Source: Paraspadella gotoi (taxonomy: Eukaryota > Animalia > Chaetognatha). Taken from it: DNA of 64,000 nt. Under the pieces are notes generated by a model, which was not told where the DNA came from, made no database searches, and worked only from the letters and a program-made list of their open reading frames with translations. Each line of letters begins with the position of its first letter. Position 1 is the first letter of the stretch. The stretch spans positions 4,134,402 through 4,198,401 of the forward strand of contig JBJCIZ010000239.1 in assembly GCA_051294375.1 (NCBI GenBank). The letters run 5' to 3'. The position numbers and the translations under genes are program-made. Shown piece by piece: positions 1 to 13,280 of the stretch.

Positions 1-3000
1 TCCATCAGTCTCAATCTCCCTCGTCTCATCAGACTCTCATCTCACGAACATGCGCAGTCAAGGTTGGCTCGCTCGTCGTCTCTACTCTACGTCGGTCGTC
101 TCAATCCCCTCATCGTGTTTTCTTTGGCCTTGTTGCTTCGAACTTCCCCTCGTTGCTTAATTGCCACATAAAATTCAGGGAAAGACTTTTCGCAGGATTA
201 GCAGAATGCGAGAAGAAAAAAAGTTAGAGCAANNNNNNNNNNNNNNNNNNNNNNNNNNNNNNNNNNNNNNNNNNNNNNNNNNNNNNNNNNNNNNNNNNNN
301 NNNNNNNNNNNNNNNNNNNNNNNNNNNNNNNNNNNNNNNNNNNNNNNNNNNNNNNNNNNNNNNNNNNNNNNNNNNNNNNNNNNNNNNNNNNNNNNNNNNN
401 NNNNNNNNNNNNNNNNNNNNNNNNNNNNNNNNNNNNNNNNNNNNNNNNNNNNNNNNNNNNNNNNNNNNNNNNNNNNNNNNNNNNNNNNNNNNNNNNNNNN
501 NNNNNNNNNNNNNNNNNNNNNNNNNNNNNNNNNNNNNNNNNNNNNNNNNNNNNNNNNNNNNNNNNNNNNNNNNNNNNNNNNNNNNNNNNNNNNNNNNNNN
601 NNNNNNNNNNNNNNNNNNNNNNNNNNNNNNNNNNNNNNNNNNNNNNNNNNNNNNNNNNNNNNNNNNNNNNNNNNNNNNNNNNNNNNNNNNNNNNNNNNNN
701 NNNNNNNNNNNNNNNNNNNNNNNNNNNNNNNNNNNNNNNNNNNNNNNNNNNNNNNNNNNNNNNNNNNNNNNNNNNNNNNNNNNNNNNNNNNNNNNNNNNN
801 NNNNNNNNNNNNNNNNNNNNNNNNNNNNNNNNNNNNNNNNNNNNNNNNNNNNNNNNNNNNNNNNNNNNNNNNNNNNNNNNNNNNNNNNNNNNNNNNNNNN
901 NNNNNNNNNNNNNNNNNNNNNNNNNNNNNNNNNNNNNNNNNNNNNNNNNNNNNNNNNNNNNCATCTGTCATTTTCTGTCTCTTAATTAGCTGACATTACT
1001 CCCCCCCGCTCATTTTTCGGCTTCACAAATTATCTTCCCCTTCAGTTTTCACGTTTCCTCCTCTTCGGTCTTCACAGACTTTCACAATCGCCATTCACGA
1101 TCTGCAATCCTCTTCACTGCTATCTCCCAAACTTTATACGTTATAACTTTTTTCTCACATTTTATATAACAGAAGTCTGTTATATAATTTTCTTTTAAAT
1201 TTTTAATCAACTATTAATGGTAAAAAAAACATGCATATCATTTAATGAATATGTCGATAAGGCGCTAAGTTGACTGAAGATAATTATCTGCAAATTATCT
1301 GACCTTCTCTCGCAGCCATGGAACGGGACCTGGGGTTCGAACCGGTCTTGTGCGGATTTTTGGCAGTCCTCACTTTTGGAGAATAACACCGGTACCTCAT
1401 CTTCATACACCAATGATATTATTTAATGAGTGTAAACTTGTTGTAATGCCCAACTTCTAATACGACTTCCAATACTAATATTTTCTAATAATTTAAAAAT
1501 TCACGTTTTCAAAAATCTTGAAGAAAAACTCACTTTTCTAACGATTCAAAATTTAAAGCCCTCCCTCTTTCTCTCTCTCTCTCTCTCTNNNNNNNNNNNN
1601 NNNNNNNNNNNNNNNNNNNNNNNNNNNNNNNNNNNNNNNNNNNNNNNNNNNNNNNNNNNNNNNNNNNNNNNNNNNNNNNNNNNNNNNNNNNNNNNNNNNN
1701 NNNNNNNNNNNNNCTCTCTCTCTCTCTATCCGTTGCAGTTTCCCTCCCTTCCTTTTCCAGGAAATATAATTAAAATTAATGGAAGCTCTTTTTGTTTTTT
1801 TTTGTTTCATGCATTTTTTTCTCCTCGCGGTCTAAACGCTTGTCGTCGTCGTCGTCGTCATCGTCGTCGTCCCAGGTGTTAAAAATTGCAAGTCTCTTGG
1901 TTCGTCCGCATATGGCGAGCGACAACAACAACGACAACATTAGCATGTTTAACAGATTCAAACCTTCCATTTTTTTGTAACCAATAATTACGAAAATTTT
2001 TTAGTAATAATAATATTAATAATAATAACAATAATAATATATAATAAAATTTAATAGTAATAAAAGTCGAACAAGATTATTATTATTATTATGAGGAAAA
2101 GAACTATGTATATGTATGATGAAAACAAAAAGATAAATATAAAATAAAGGTTCTCTCTCCCTCTTCCTCCTCTCCTCTCTCTCTCCCTCCCCNNNNNNNN
2201 NNNNNNNNNNNNNNNNNNNNNNNNNNNNNNNNNNNNNNNNNNNNNNNNNNNNNNNNNNNNNNNNNNNNNNNCGCCCGCCAGCGCCGTTTTTCGCCCTGGC
2301 GGCCGCGAGGGGAAAACGACATAAGTGGCGACCGAATTTCGGCGCCAGAATCGACGCCCGAATAATTTCCCTTTTATTTTCTGTTGGGGATAAGGTCGGG
2401 GTCGTCGTCGTCGTCGTCGTCGTTATCATCGTCGTCGTCGTTGTGGACGTTTTGGTCGTCGTTGTCATCGTTGTCTTCGTCTTTGTGGTAGTCATCATCG
2501 CCTTCGCCATTGTAGTCGTTGTGGTTGTCCTTCTCATCATTACGATCGTCCTCTTTGTTTTCATTGTGGTCGTCATTATGATCGTCATTGTGGTCGTCCT
2601 CGTCATTGTGGTCTTTGTCATTGTTTTTGTCATTGTGGCCGTCACTATCATCTTAGTCATTGTTTCATCTTCCTTTTGTTCATCGTCGATGTTGTGGTCG
2701 CCTCGTTATAATCCTCGTCGGCATTGTTGTCGTCGTTGTCATTAATATCTTTATCATTCTGTTCGTCGTCAACGTTGTCGTCACCTCGTTGCAATCGTCG
2801 TTGTCACGTTGGTCTTCGTCATTGTGGTCGAAATCGTATCTTTTGTGGTCGACGCTCATCATCATTGTCTTCATCTTCTGGTCGTCTTCGTCGTTATCGT
2901 CGTCGTTTTTGTCACTGAGGTCGTCGTCGTCGTCGTTGTGGTCGTCGTCGTCGCCTTCTTCGTTGTAATCGTTGTTTTCCTTCTCGTTTTATTGTCGTTT

Positions 3001-3070
3001 TTGTGTTTGTTTATTTTGATCGTTTACATCATCATCATCATCATCATCCGTTACCAAGTTTAGTATTTTT

Positions 3071-3162
<92 letters not shown>

Positions 3163-6131
3163 ATTTATTATTGCTATTTAGTTTTGACCTTAGCCTTCTT
3201 AAAAAAAATTATGTTTATAAATTACTNNNNNNNNNNNNNNNNNNNNNNNNNNNNNNNNNNNNNNNNNNNNNNNNNNNNNNNNNNNNNNNNNNNNNNNNNN
3301 NNNNNNNNNNNNNNNNNNNNNNNNNNNNNNNNNNNNNNNNNNNNNNNNNNNNNNNNNNNNNNNNNNNNNNNNNNNNNNNNNNNNNNNNNNNNNNNNNNNN
3401 NNNNNNNNNNNNNNNNNNNNNNNNNNNNNNNNNNNNNNNNNNNNNNNNNNNNNNNNNNNNNNNNNNNNNNNNNNNNNNNNNNNNNNNNNNNNNNNNNNNN
3501 NNNNNNNNNNNNNNNNNNNNNNNNNNNNNNNNNNNNNNNNNNNNNNNNNNNNNNNNNNNNNNNNNNNNNNNNNTTCGTTCGTTCGTTCGTTCGTTCGTTC
3601 GTTCGTTCTTCTGATCGTTCGTTGGTACAATGTTATCAAATTCTTTGGAATTATAGACTGATTAATTTAACAATAACATAATTATCAAACACTGATCTAT
3701 TTATGAGTTTAAAAATCTATTAATAAGTTATTAATAATATTCGCAGCCTATTCATGTCAACTGATACATAAGATCTTATCATTTGTTTATAATTTAAATG
3801 TTTTAGGATCAATAGAGATATTCTCTCTGTCTCTCTCTCTCTCTNNNNNNNNNNNNNNNNNNNNNNNNNNNNNNNNNNNNNNNNNNNNNNNNNNNNNNNN
3901 NNNNNNNNNNNNNNNNNNNNNNNNNNNNNNNNNNNNNNNNNNNNNNNNNNNNNNNNNNNNNNNNNNNNNNNNNNNNNNNNNNNNNNNNNNNNNNNNNNNN
4001 NNNNNNNNNNNNNNNNNNNNNNNNNNNNNNNNNNNNNNNNNNNNNNNNNNNNNNNNNNNNNNNNNNNNNNNNNNAGAGAGAGAGAGAAATTAGAATTGTA
4101 TTGAAAAACGGGCCTTTGGGCTTCATTGTGCTCTTAAAAGCAACATTAATTTACATATTTATAATTTTATATACACAGGTTGCTGAGTATGTATTTTGAA
4201 AATATTTTTTTAAAAACAAAATCCAATAGAGAGCCTCAAATAGCCAGCGAATAAACGAGATTGTGAGAGAGTCTTGATTGAAAGCTTGCTGGGACCTGCC
4301 ATGGAATTATCTTGTAAGAGTGATGGAGGCCTCAAACTACCAAAGCCTGTCCTGAGTCTGGGACAAGATAGCTCATTTATTGAATGAATAGCAATATCAT
4401 CTTTTCATCAAAATGAAATATTGAATGATCAATGATTCAACTTTATTTCTCATCACAGATTTTTAAAAAAACGAGAAATTACAAATGGATTTCCGATTTA
4501 AAATTTTTTTTTTCTCTCTCTCTCTCTCTCTATATCCGATTTTCCGTTCCATTTTATCTTTCCATTCTTTGTGTTTGTGTGTGTGTGTCTCTCTACTCTC
4601 TCTCTCTCTCTCTCNNNNNNNNNNNNNNNNNNNNNNNNNNNNNNNNNNNNNNNNNNNNNNNNNNNNNNNNNNNNNNNNNNNNNNNNNNNNNNNNNNNNNN
4701 NNNNNNNNNNNNNNNNNNNNNNNNNNNNNNNNNNNNNNNNNNNNNNNNNNNNNNNNNNNNNNNNNNNNNNNNNNNNNNNNNNNNNNNNNNNNNNNNNTCT
4801 CTCTCCTTTCCGTCTGTATACGTTTCTCATTATGCACAGTTTTCTTCCCATTAGCTCTGATTTCTTTCTTCTTTTTTCTCACATTTCCTTTTCTCTTTTC
4901 CTCAATTTTCTTTCCTTCTTTTTTTTTCTTTTCTTTTTTTTTTATTTTTTCCCGCTTCTCATTTCCTTTCCTCTTTTTAATTGCGCCGCTAGTACTCGCG
5001 GAGCAAATCTGTAAGTCACTTTTCGGTCGGTCAGTCGGTCAGTCTCTCGGTATATCTATTCATCGATCTGACTTACTTTTTTAAAAAGTTAAGGCACCCT
5101 GAGACATCTAACGTATATACGTATATCGCCTTAAAAATCGATCACAAGACCCAAAATTCAATTCCGCTAATATTTGGTTGCCTTTTTGTTATTTTTTGCT
5201 GACCTTGAACCTAAGCGACTGCAAGCGCCACCTTTGGTTGTTAAAGAAATCATATAAAGAATAAAAGATAATTCCTATGCACGGCATCTTAAACAGAATT
5301 TTTTTTTAAAAAAGCAATATATATACAAATAAATAATATAGAATTAATAGTAAAGCCTTTATAAAAATATATAAATAGAAAATAGTGAAACATGTAATTT
5401 TGCAAATTTTCATACATGTGATAAGAAGGTCATTACGGCGCAACACAAATTAGAATCTCTTTTCTTGTTTTTAAATTCTTACTCTTCAAGACTTTTCAGT
5501 TGCGACTCTAAAAAAACGCTGTTCACTCTCTAGGTCGTTAACAATTTCATGTATAAACAAACACAAAATAATAACAAAATTTAAACTGATTAAAGCAACT
5601 TAAGTGAGGAGTATAATGTAGTAGTATTCCCTCGATCTAATATCTAACAGAATGAGTCTCTATGAGAGTCTCTTTTTCTATTATTCTGTCTATCTGTCTG
5701 GTAGTAATTCAGTTTGTCGGTCTGCCTGTCATAGAAAGAGAAAAAAAGTGTTACTGAATTAAGTATTAAAAAGTGTTACTGAATTAAGTATTTTCGGTGA
5801 GCGAATGAGAATGAAGCTGAAGAGGAAGAGGAAAAGGAGGAAGAGGAAGAGCGGCAGCAGAAGCATCAAGAGGAGGAAGAGGAAAAGGATGAAGAGGGGG
5901 GAAGAAGCGTCAGAAGCAGCGGGAGAAGCTGCAGGAAAAAAAAAGAAATCTATATTGTTCTTTTTATTTCAGAGTCTCATGCCTTCCTATTTATTTGATA
6001 GAGTCACTCGCTCACTCTCTCTCACACTCTCTGCCTCTTTATCACACTCTCGCTCTCTCCTTTCACCCTCTCTTGCTCTCTCTCGCCTCACTCTTTGTTC
6101 TATATGACCTCCTTTTTTCTCCCTCTCTCTT

Positions 6132-6176
<45 letters not shown>

Positions 6177-6282
6177 TCCTCTCTATTTCTCTCTCCCTCT
6201 CTCTCTATCACTCCCGCCTTTTCAATATATTTTTTTCGTTTTTCTGATTTAATCCCACTTTGCTGTTTGACACAGACGATAA

Positions 6283-6323
<41 letters not shown>

Positions 6324-9300
6324 CCCATCCCAATATTTCTCACTTTTAAACGTCAGTTAACTTCACGTTTTCACGAAACTTCATTTTCGATTTAAAAAAT
6401 TCCATGTTTTATATTCCTTTCATCAAATTTAACGATAATTATTGGTTAATATTCTCTTTTATATTTAGTTTATTTTAATTTAGTTTCGAATTAAAATTAA
6501 AATTACGTTTGCCCTTTTTAACTTTTCGGCCATATTTTCCAAAGATATTAGCTTAATTCAAAATTCAAAATTAGATTAGTTTTTTTTTTCAAGTTTGAAG
6601 GTTAGGTTAATATGCTAAGTATCAAAGTGTTAGGATATATAGTTGAGGTTTAGAATATAAAGTTAAGGTTAAATTATGATTGAATATTAAATTTAAATTA
6701 AGTTTGTGGAATAAGGAACTTCGATGAAAAAAAAAGCCACTTTTTTCTTTTTTCATTTCTTGGGCTAAAAAAAGTTCAAATGTTCAAAAAGTTATTATCT
6801 CGAAGGTCAAAATTGAATAAAAAAAAAAAAACATTCGTAGCAAATTTACATTTTCTTTTCAATTGAGAAAATCATATTCAAAGTAAACGTAGGAACTTGA
6901 AGAATTTGTGGAAAAGTTTTCAATCCTTCTCCTTTTTGATTGTACAACCTGTCTGGTTTTTGTTTACTGAAGACAAGGAGANNNNNNNNNNNNNNNNNNN
7001 NNNNNNNNNNNNNNNNNNNNNNNNNNNNNNNNNNNNNNNNNNNNNNNNNNNNNNNNNNNNNNNNNNNNNNNNNNNNNNNNNNNNNNNNNNNNNNNNNNNN
7101 NNNNNNNNNNNNNNNNNNNNNNNNNNNNNNNNNNNNNNNNNNNNNNNNNNNNNNNNNNNNNNNNNNNNNNNNNNNNNNNNNNNNNNNNNNNNNNNNNGCG
7201 CAGGCTCCGAAAAGTGAATGAATGTAAATTTTTGTTAAGATTCCCGGCACAATGGACCGTTTTAGGCAACGGGGTTTTTGGCGCTGAGCGGCCCTGGCAT
7301 TGTAAACCAAAATAGGGGCGGAAAAACAGGGAAAAACGAATGAGAAGGGAGGAAGGGGAGGGGGAAAAAGGAGGAAGGAAAAGAAGAGGAAGGAGGTAAA
7401 GGGAGGGGATAGGAAAACGGGGAGGAATGAGGAATTGAAAACGGGGAAATATAAAGAAGAAATAAAAAGAATTAAAAAAAAAGAAAAGAAGAAAGAAAGA
7501 AAGAAAGACATAGAAGGGAAAAGAAAGGAAAAGCAACACACCGAGAGACAGACAGACAGACAGACAGACAGAAACAAGTCGCATAACTGAGAAGAAACGT
7601 TAAAGCGAAACTAGACCAAAATTGGTTCATAAGCCTATTTTAATTAAAAATATATGATTTTTTAGTAATTTTTTCTACAATAGGTTTTCACAACTACCTT
7701 TAGGGGACGCGAATTGATAGTCGAAACTCTTCCATCGTCTAGCTTCCTCCGTGAAAATCAGGAAGCCGTTTCCGCGGGCCGCTGGAGCGCCATTTTCAAT
7801 GAGTCAGCAGGATTCTGAGACGAGAAAGGGAAATGGAGCGCGACGCACGCACGAAGAACGACTCGGAAATGCTACGCAGGTGGTCCACCGTTTATTCGCT
7901 ACGTGCGTACGGCGCTATCCTCGCCTTCGGATGGACGAACGCGACCAGCTAGTGCGGCGCTGGCAGAGAAAGTGTGAGTGTACTTCTCTCGAAGTAACGC
8001 TTCGGCGCTGGAGACGGTCCATAAATTTCTTTGCGACTTTTTTTTGGTGCCACGGAAAAGAGAATGTGTCGGTGAATTGATACTACTTTAACGTCTGACT
8101 GTCTTAATTTCAGCTTCTTCTCGGCTCTTCGTCTGAGTTGAGCTCGAACGGAATCTCTACTAATCATAAGAATTTGTTCTTTAAACTATGAGAGAGCGTA
8201 TACAATTAGAAGAGAGCCGGAGTTATCCTTTGTATATGAGATTGTTTGTTTTCATTCTCACTCGACGTCTACTGGCGTTCTTACAAAAATGTGCGCATAT
8301 TTAATGAAAAATTATTTTAGTATAGTTTTTTATTATTACTTTCAGAGAACCCTCGTCTTCGTCTCGTGCGCTCGAATCGACTCCGAGCTCCGGAATCGTC
8401 GGAGAGATTCCGTAGTCAATCGGTTTGCTGCAAAGGACCGCAACAGACTTTTTTCGACCGTCGAAGAAAGCTTTGACGCAGTAGAGTCGCTTTTAATTTA
8501 AGACGTCAAAACTTTTACAACGAAAACTTGTTCAGATTCAAGGCAGCCATCATGATTTGAATTTGAATCAGACAATTGGCAACTTGAGTGTTGTATATCA
8601 TATTAACAAAACAACAGAAAACAAATACTAAGAAACTAACGGCGTCCGTGCTCGGGGGGACAAAAACACAGATAATGTTGGGCGCAAGGCGCGGAGAGAT
8701 CATGGTACCGCGGTTTTTCCCGAGACCGATGGGCGCAAGCGACGCGCGCAGGAGTAGAGAAAGTGGAGGGCATGTCAAGAGAGAAAGGGAGTGAGGCAGG
8801 ACCCAAGGGGCCCGATCCGATCAAACAAGATCACGGCTGCGACCGAAAGACGATACAAGTATAGGGTTAAACGCCGCCCGGATAAGTGTGGTGCTATCTC
8901 TACCCAGTGGACACACAATTTTGAGATTAAGATTCTCGGATTAATGATAGAAGTTTGTTGTGTAACGGAATCATAGTATTTATTATACCTCGAAAATATA
9001 TTTCTATCCTCCTCAGATTCCGCGCCTCAACACGCGAGTCCAATCCTCCTCGATCACACGCAAGATGGCGTTGTGACAGGATAATCACATGACCGAGAAA
9101 TGTTCTCGAATAGAAATATAAATACTCAGAGGACGTATCCGGGTAGAGAAGACAACGAAGAATATAAAAAAGTGGCTGAAAATATGAAGGAGAGAGAATA
9201 GAGACGAAATGCTTCAAACATATGAAAAGAAAAAATGAAAATATGAAGAAGAGGAAAAAAGGAGAAGCAAGGAGACACACCTAGTAAGGGGTGCTATATT

Positions 9301-10149
9301 AAGAAAACGTAAGGCCGGAAAAAAGAGACAACGGCAAGAATCAGGGAGGATTACCCACAAAATACACGATTTTTTGTAAACTCAAGATTCTGGATGCGAG
9401 GGAGGGTGGTTGGAGACAAGTACAACTAACGAAAAAAATTAATCTAAAAAAATCAAAATAGGAAACACTCAAGGAACACGCCTTTAAACAGGCAAGGAGA
9501 CTCGCTAGTAAACGCCACACGAAAGATCCAAACGAACCAAGAGTGATTCCTGAAGGGAAAAAACGACTGCGAATGACACTACACACTTTGTGAAGCGGTT
9601 AGCAGCACTAAGAATATCTAACACCCTAATATCACAGCACAAGAGAGAGAACCTGACGAATTAAATGAGATAGACTACTTGAGAATAGAAAATGATGCAA
9701 GGGAAGTGGGGCAAGAGAGCAAGCTTATGGATAGATTTATCGTTATCGACGCGAGCCGTATTGAGAGTACCGTTCTTATGGTGGTAATGGGGCTCTGCGC
9801 ATGGTCTAAATTGACGAGACAAAGAGAAAATACAGCTAGGCCATAGATAACCTTGCAATGACGCTACCAGAGAGCGCGGTAACTGTTAGTTTACGGAGAC
9901 CCGCATCAGACAGTAGCGATATGTCAACGTATATTCCATGGTCGTTGGTTTTTCCCTGGGTCTGCACTAACCGGCGAACTTTCGTTGTACAACTTGATCT
10001 GTCGGGTTTCTAATTTGTTATTTTCTANNNNNNNNNNNNNNNNNNNNNNNNNTTTTTTTTTGTTTTTTTATTTGATTTTTTATTCCACATTTTGTTATTT
10101 TTCTCTCCTCATTTAAAAAAAATATCAACCTCCGCTGTTGTTTCTTTTA

Positions 10150-10220
10150 TTTTTAGTTGCGCACGAGAGGAGCAACTCTATAAGTCACTTTTTGGTCTGT
10201 CTGTCGGTCGGTCGGTCTTT
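10150..10220 (+). mobile_element. Helentron-associated (DINE-1/HINE-like) element 5' end
   Basis: TTTTAGTTGCG...GCAACTCTATAAGTCAC followed by a (GTCY/GTCG)n microsatellite. Related heads at 4975-5045, 50112-50166, 51063-51110 and 58447-58512. Confidence 0.5.
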
Positions 10221-12134
10221 CTCTCTCGCCTATAGTTTGTTGTTCATTTGTTAGGACAGGAAATATAATCTCAGTTACTGTTAACGCCGCCTTCAGGAAA
10301 ATCTAAAACTATAAAGAATAAAAGACGGAATTCCAGTGCGTGTTATAAAAACACGGGCTAAGATAGTCGTCACTGGGGCGCATCACATTGGATTGACCAA
10401 TCTTGTTTTTATTTCCTTTATTTTCTATCCTTTTTTCAATTACTTTTCTTTTCTTTTCTTCTCTTTGCTTTTCTTTTTTTCTCTTTCTTTTTTTTTCTTT
10501 TCTTTTGTTTCTCATGTTTTGCTTTTTCTGTTTTGTTTCTCCTGATAAATTTTAATTAAAGACTTTCTGCCTCATGGAAAAAAAGTTGTTGTTGTCGTTG
10601 TTGTCGTTGTTGTTTTTGTCGTTGTCGTTGTCGTTGTTGTAATTAACATCTCCTTTTCCCCTCCTATTTCGCGATGTCATCAATAATTAGTAAAAAAGAA
10701 ATAAAATAGTAATATCTATTTCACATGTCATTGTACAATATCATGAATCGGATCCGCGATTCTTAATGTAAATTTTCTAGCTGTCGGTCTTAATTGTTTT
10801 AATTTAAAAATCGATGTAATTCCTCTCTTTTTCGTAGTGTTTTAGATTAGAGAAAAAAGATTTTAATTTATTTCGTGTATTTATTANNNNNNNNNNNNNN
10901 NNNNNNNNNNNNNNNNNNNNNNNNNNNNNNNNNNNNNNNNNNNNNNNNNNNNNNNNNNNNNNNNNNNNNNNNNNNNNNNNNNNNNNNNNNNNNNNNNNNN
11001 NNNNNNNNNNNNNNNNNNNNNNNNNNNNNNNNNNNNNNNNNNNNNNNNNNNNNNNNNNNNNNNNNNNNNNNNNNNNNNNNNNNNNNNNNNNNNNNNNNNN
11101 NNNNNNNNNNNNNNNNNNNNNNNNNNNNNNNNNNNNNNNNNNNNNNNNNNNNNNNNNNNNNNNNNNNNNNNNNNNNNNNNNNNNNNNNAAAAAAACATCT
11201 TTGTCGATACAAACTAAAATATCTTTTCTCTAATTTAAAAATCTTAATTTTAAACTTCATAAAAACATTCCAAAGGGCAAAAATCTTTTCTTGAGTAAAA
11301 TTTTTCGAGTTTGTTTCATTTCTAAGAATTTCACGTTGACCTCGTCTGCATCGGCGGCAGCCTTCGAGCAACGTCTCTCTCTCTCTCTCTCTCTCTATTT
11401 TGTAAACATTATGCTGAATCTAGATAAACAATAGGTAGACTCGAGACGGGAAGGAGGCAGAGACACTTAAGTGCATTCCATTTTTTCGGTTCCAACGGGA
11501 TTAAGACGTAACATTAATCTATGCGTTTAAATTACAATTTCAACTGGGCAATCTACAATTATTTCAGGTAACTTCAATACTATTGACAGATTTATGCAAT
11601 AATCCAGCTCTCTATCCGCAATCTTTTTGAGGGCCACAGACCACGTTACCCAACAATTTCACGATTCTTTTTAACAATTGTTAAAAATTCTCACCTAATA
11701 TTTTCAGTTTATTAAACACTTTCACTGTGACAATTGCACAATGTATCTTTTAAAATTATTTTTCTTTATCCCTGTTAATTTCTATCTCTCCTCTCTCTCT
11801 CTCTCTCTTCTCTCTAACAAATTTCATTTCTGTTTTCAAAACTCACTCAACCTCTGTCTGTTTCACTCCTTATATATACCCATCTTCTTTCCCTGCGTAT
11901 CATTAAGCAACGGCTCTTCAAGAAGTTGGGCTGGTGTCCTTCAATTGGCGAGACTCTGAGAACTTGATTTACCTGGTTGCACACTTTGTTTGGAACACTA
12001 TAGAATAGTGCTACACTTTCACATCTTCACTTTTCTACACTTTATCTCTCTCATCTATAACTCATCTTTCTTTCTCTTTCTCTCACTCTCACTCTCTTCC
12101 TTGTGCACAATAATTTGTCCTCAATTCCACAAAC

Positions 12135-12292
12135 TAAACACAACTGAAGAAGGCCTTGATACTAAAGCCGTATAAACATGTCTGTTTACCCAATAAAATA
12201 CCAATTCGTGTTGAAATACTACAAAACTTTGTTTTTTTTTTCTCTAATCATTTACAACGAAAAAAAAAAGATTATCACAAAGTAATAAATGA
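12135..12292 (+). ncRNA. Second (noisy or degenerate) hammerhead module of the same family, with AATAAA and tail
   Basis: CTGAAGA(12144-12150)-A-GGCCTT-gatact-AAAGCC-G[tat]AAA-CATGTC-TGTTTA. Stem I could be TAAACA/TGTTTA. AATAAA at 12192-12197. The downstream sequence aligns by eye with 17585-17660. Confidence 0.55.
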
Positions 12293-12879
12293 CCTACTCT
12301 CTTTACACAACAATGATTATCACCATGAACGGAACTACACTTTTTTTGGGAGTCCAACGTCAATCTTCCTTTTCTATGCTATGGTACACCTTCCTGTATC
12401 TCTTTTTTGTCATACATAAATGAGAACCAGCTCATATGAATCACAAAGGCCAAAGTTTCTTTGATATCTAAATTTTATTTTTCGAAATCCTTTACTACTC
12501 CTAAAAGCCTCGAAAAATAACTGGATCAAGTACACTCCGTGCGACATCCTTTTTTTTTTTTTCCCCTATCTACTCTCGTCGTAGTCTCATCTCTTTTAAT
12601 TTATTTAACTAATATTAAATTTTCTCTATCTGTTCTATCTCACATTTTTTTTTCTTATATTATTTCCTTTCTTTTTCGTTGTGTATTAACATATGTTAGT
12701 ACGAAAACTCGCAGGTCTCGGGATCACTTCGAGCCTATATCTGGTGCGGGTGCTAGCAAAGCAGGGAATCTCCACCTCAGTCGACGCCTCCGTCGGCTCT
12801 TTACCGTGAGCATTTGTGAACACCATAAAGAACAAAATTCCAGACAGAACACTTCGTCGAGCCGTCTATTGGCGGCTGT

Positions 12880-13280
12880 GCAGGGAAGGTATAACCAACC
12901 CTGCACAGCGGCACTAAACGTTGGGGCGGAAAAAAAAAGAACAGGAAAAGTCTATGGCAGATCGGTTCAAACAGCAACACAAAGCCATATCGGGGGACCA
13001 TAACGCTCGTCATTACTGTATCGGCTATTGCCTCGAGCACTCACGGCCAACCTCTGGCCATCTGTCAGAGAAACTGTATACCCTCTGTCTCGTGCTGTCC
13101 ATGACAATCTCAAATCCTTCGGTCTCACTCTAGATCGTGAGCGTCACTCAGAGAGCGACTTCTCACTCTACTTTCAAAGTCTTCGCTCTCTGAAATACTT
13201 CCGTCTCATCAGAAATCGATCGTAGTTAGGAAGCGTTCGTACCCACAAATGGACAGGGCTCGCCTTCTACTAGCTATGGG
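12880..13280 (+). pseudogene. Decayed GIY-YIG endonuclease-like remnant (Penelope-like element)
   Basis: Read across frameshifts: GRYNQPC..NVG..TGK/SMADRFKQQHKAISGD..SAIA/CLEH..TLDRERH. This follows the motif order of PLE endonucleases (GxVYxIPC..YVGETGR..RxKEH..SAIAxH..ILDRE). By eye only. Confidence 0.4.

Noticed and set aside
1325-1350. B-box-like GGTTCGAACC (tRNA/SINE)
   Set aside because: No matching A box or cloverleaf found.
161-7584. Long ORFs in the ORF track
   Set aside because: They run through N gaps or (CT)n, (CTTT)n and (GTC)n repeats; not genes.
11545-11600. APE-endonuclease-like peptide (TIISGNFNTID)
   Set aside because: A single short motif in noisy sequence with no other LINE motifs in frame.
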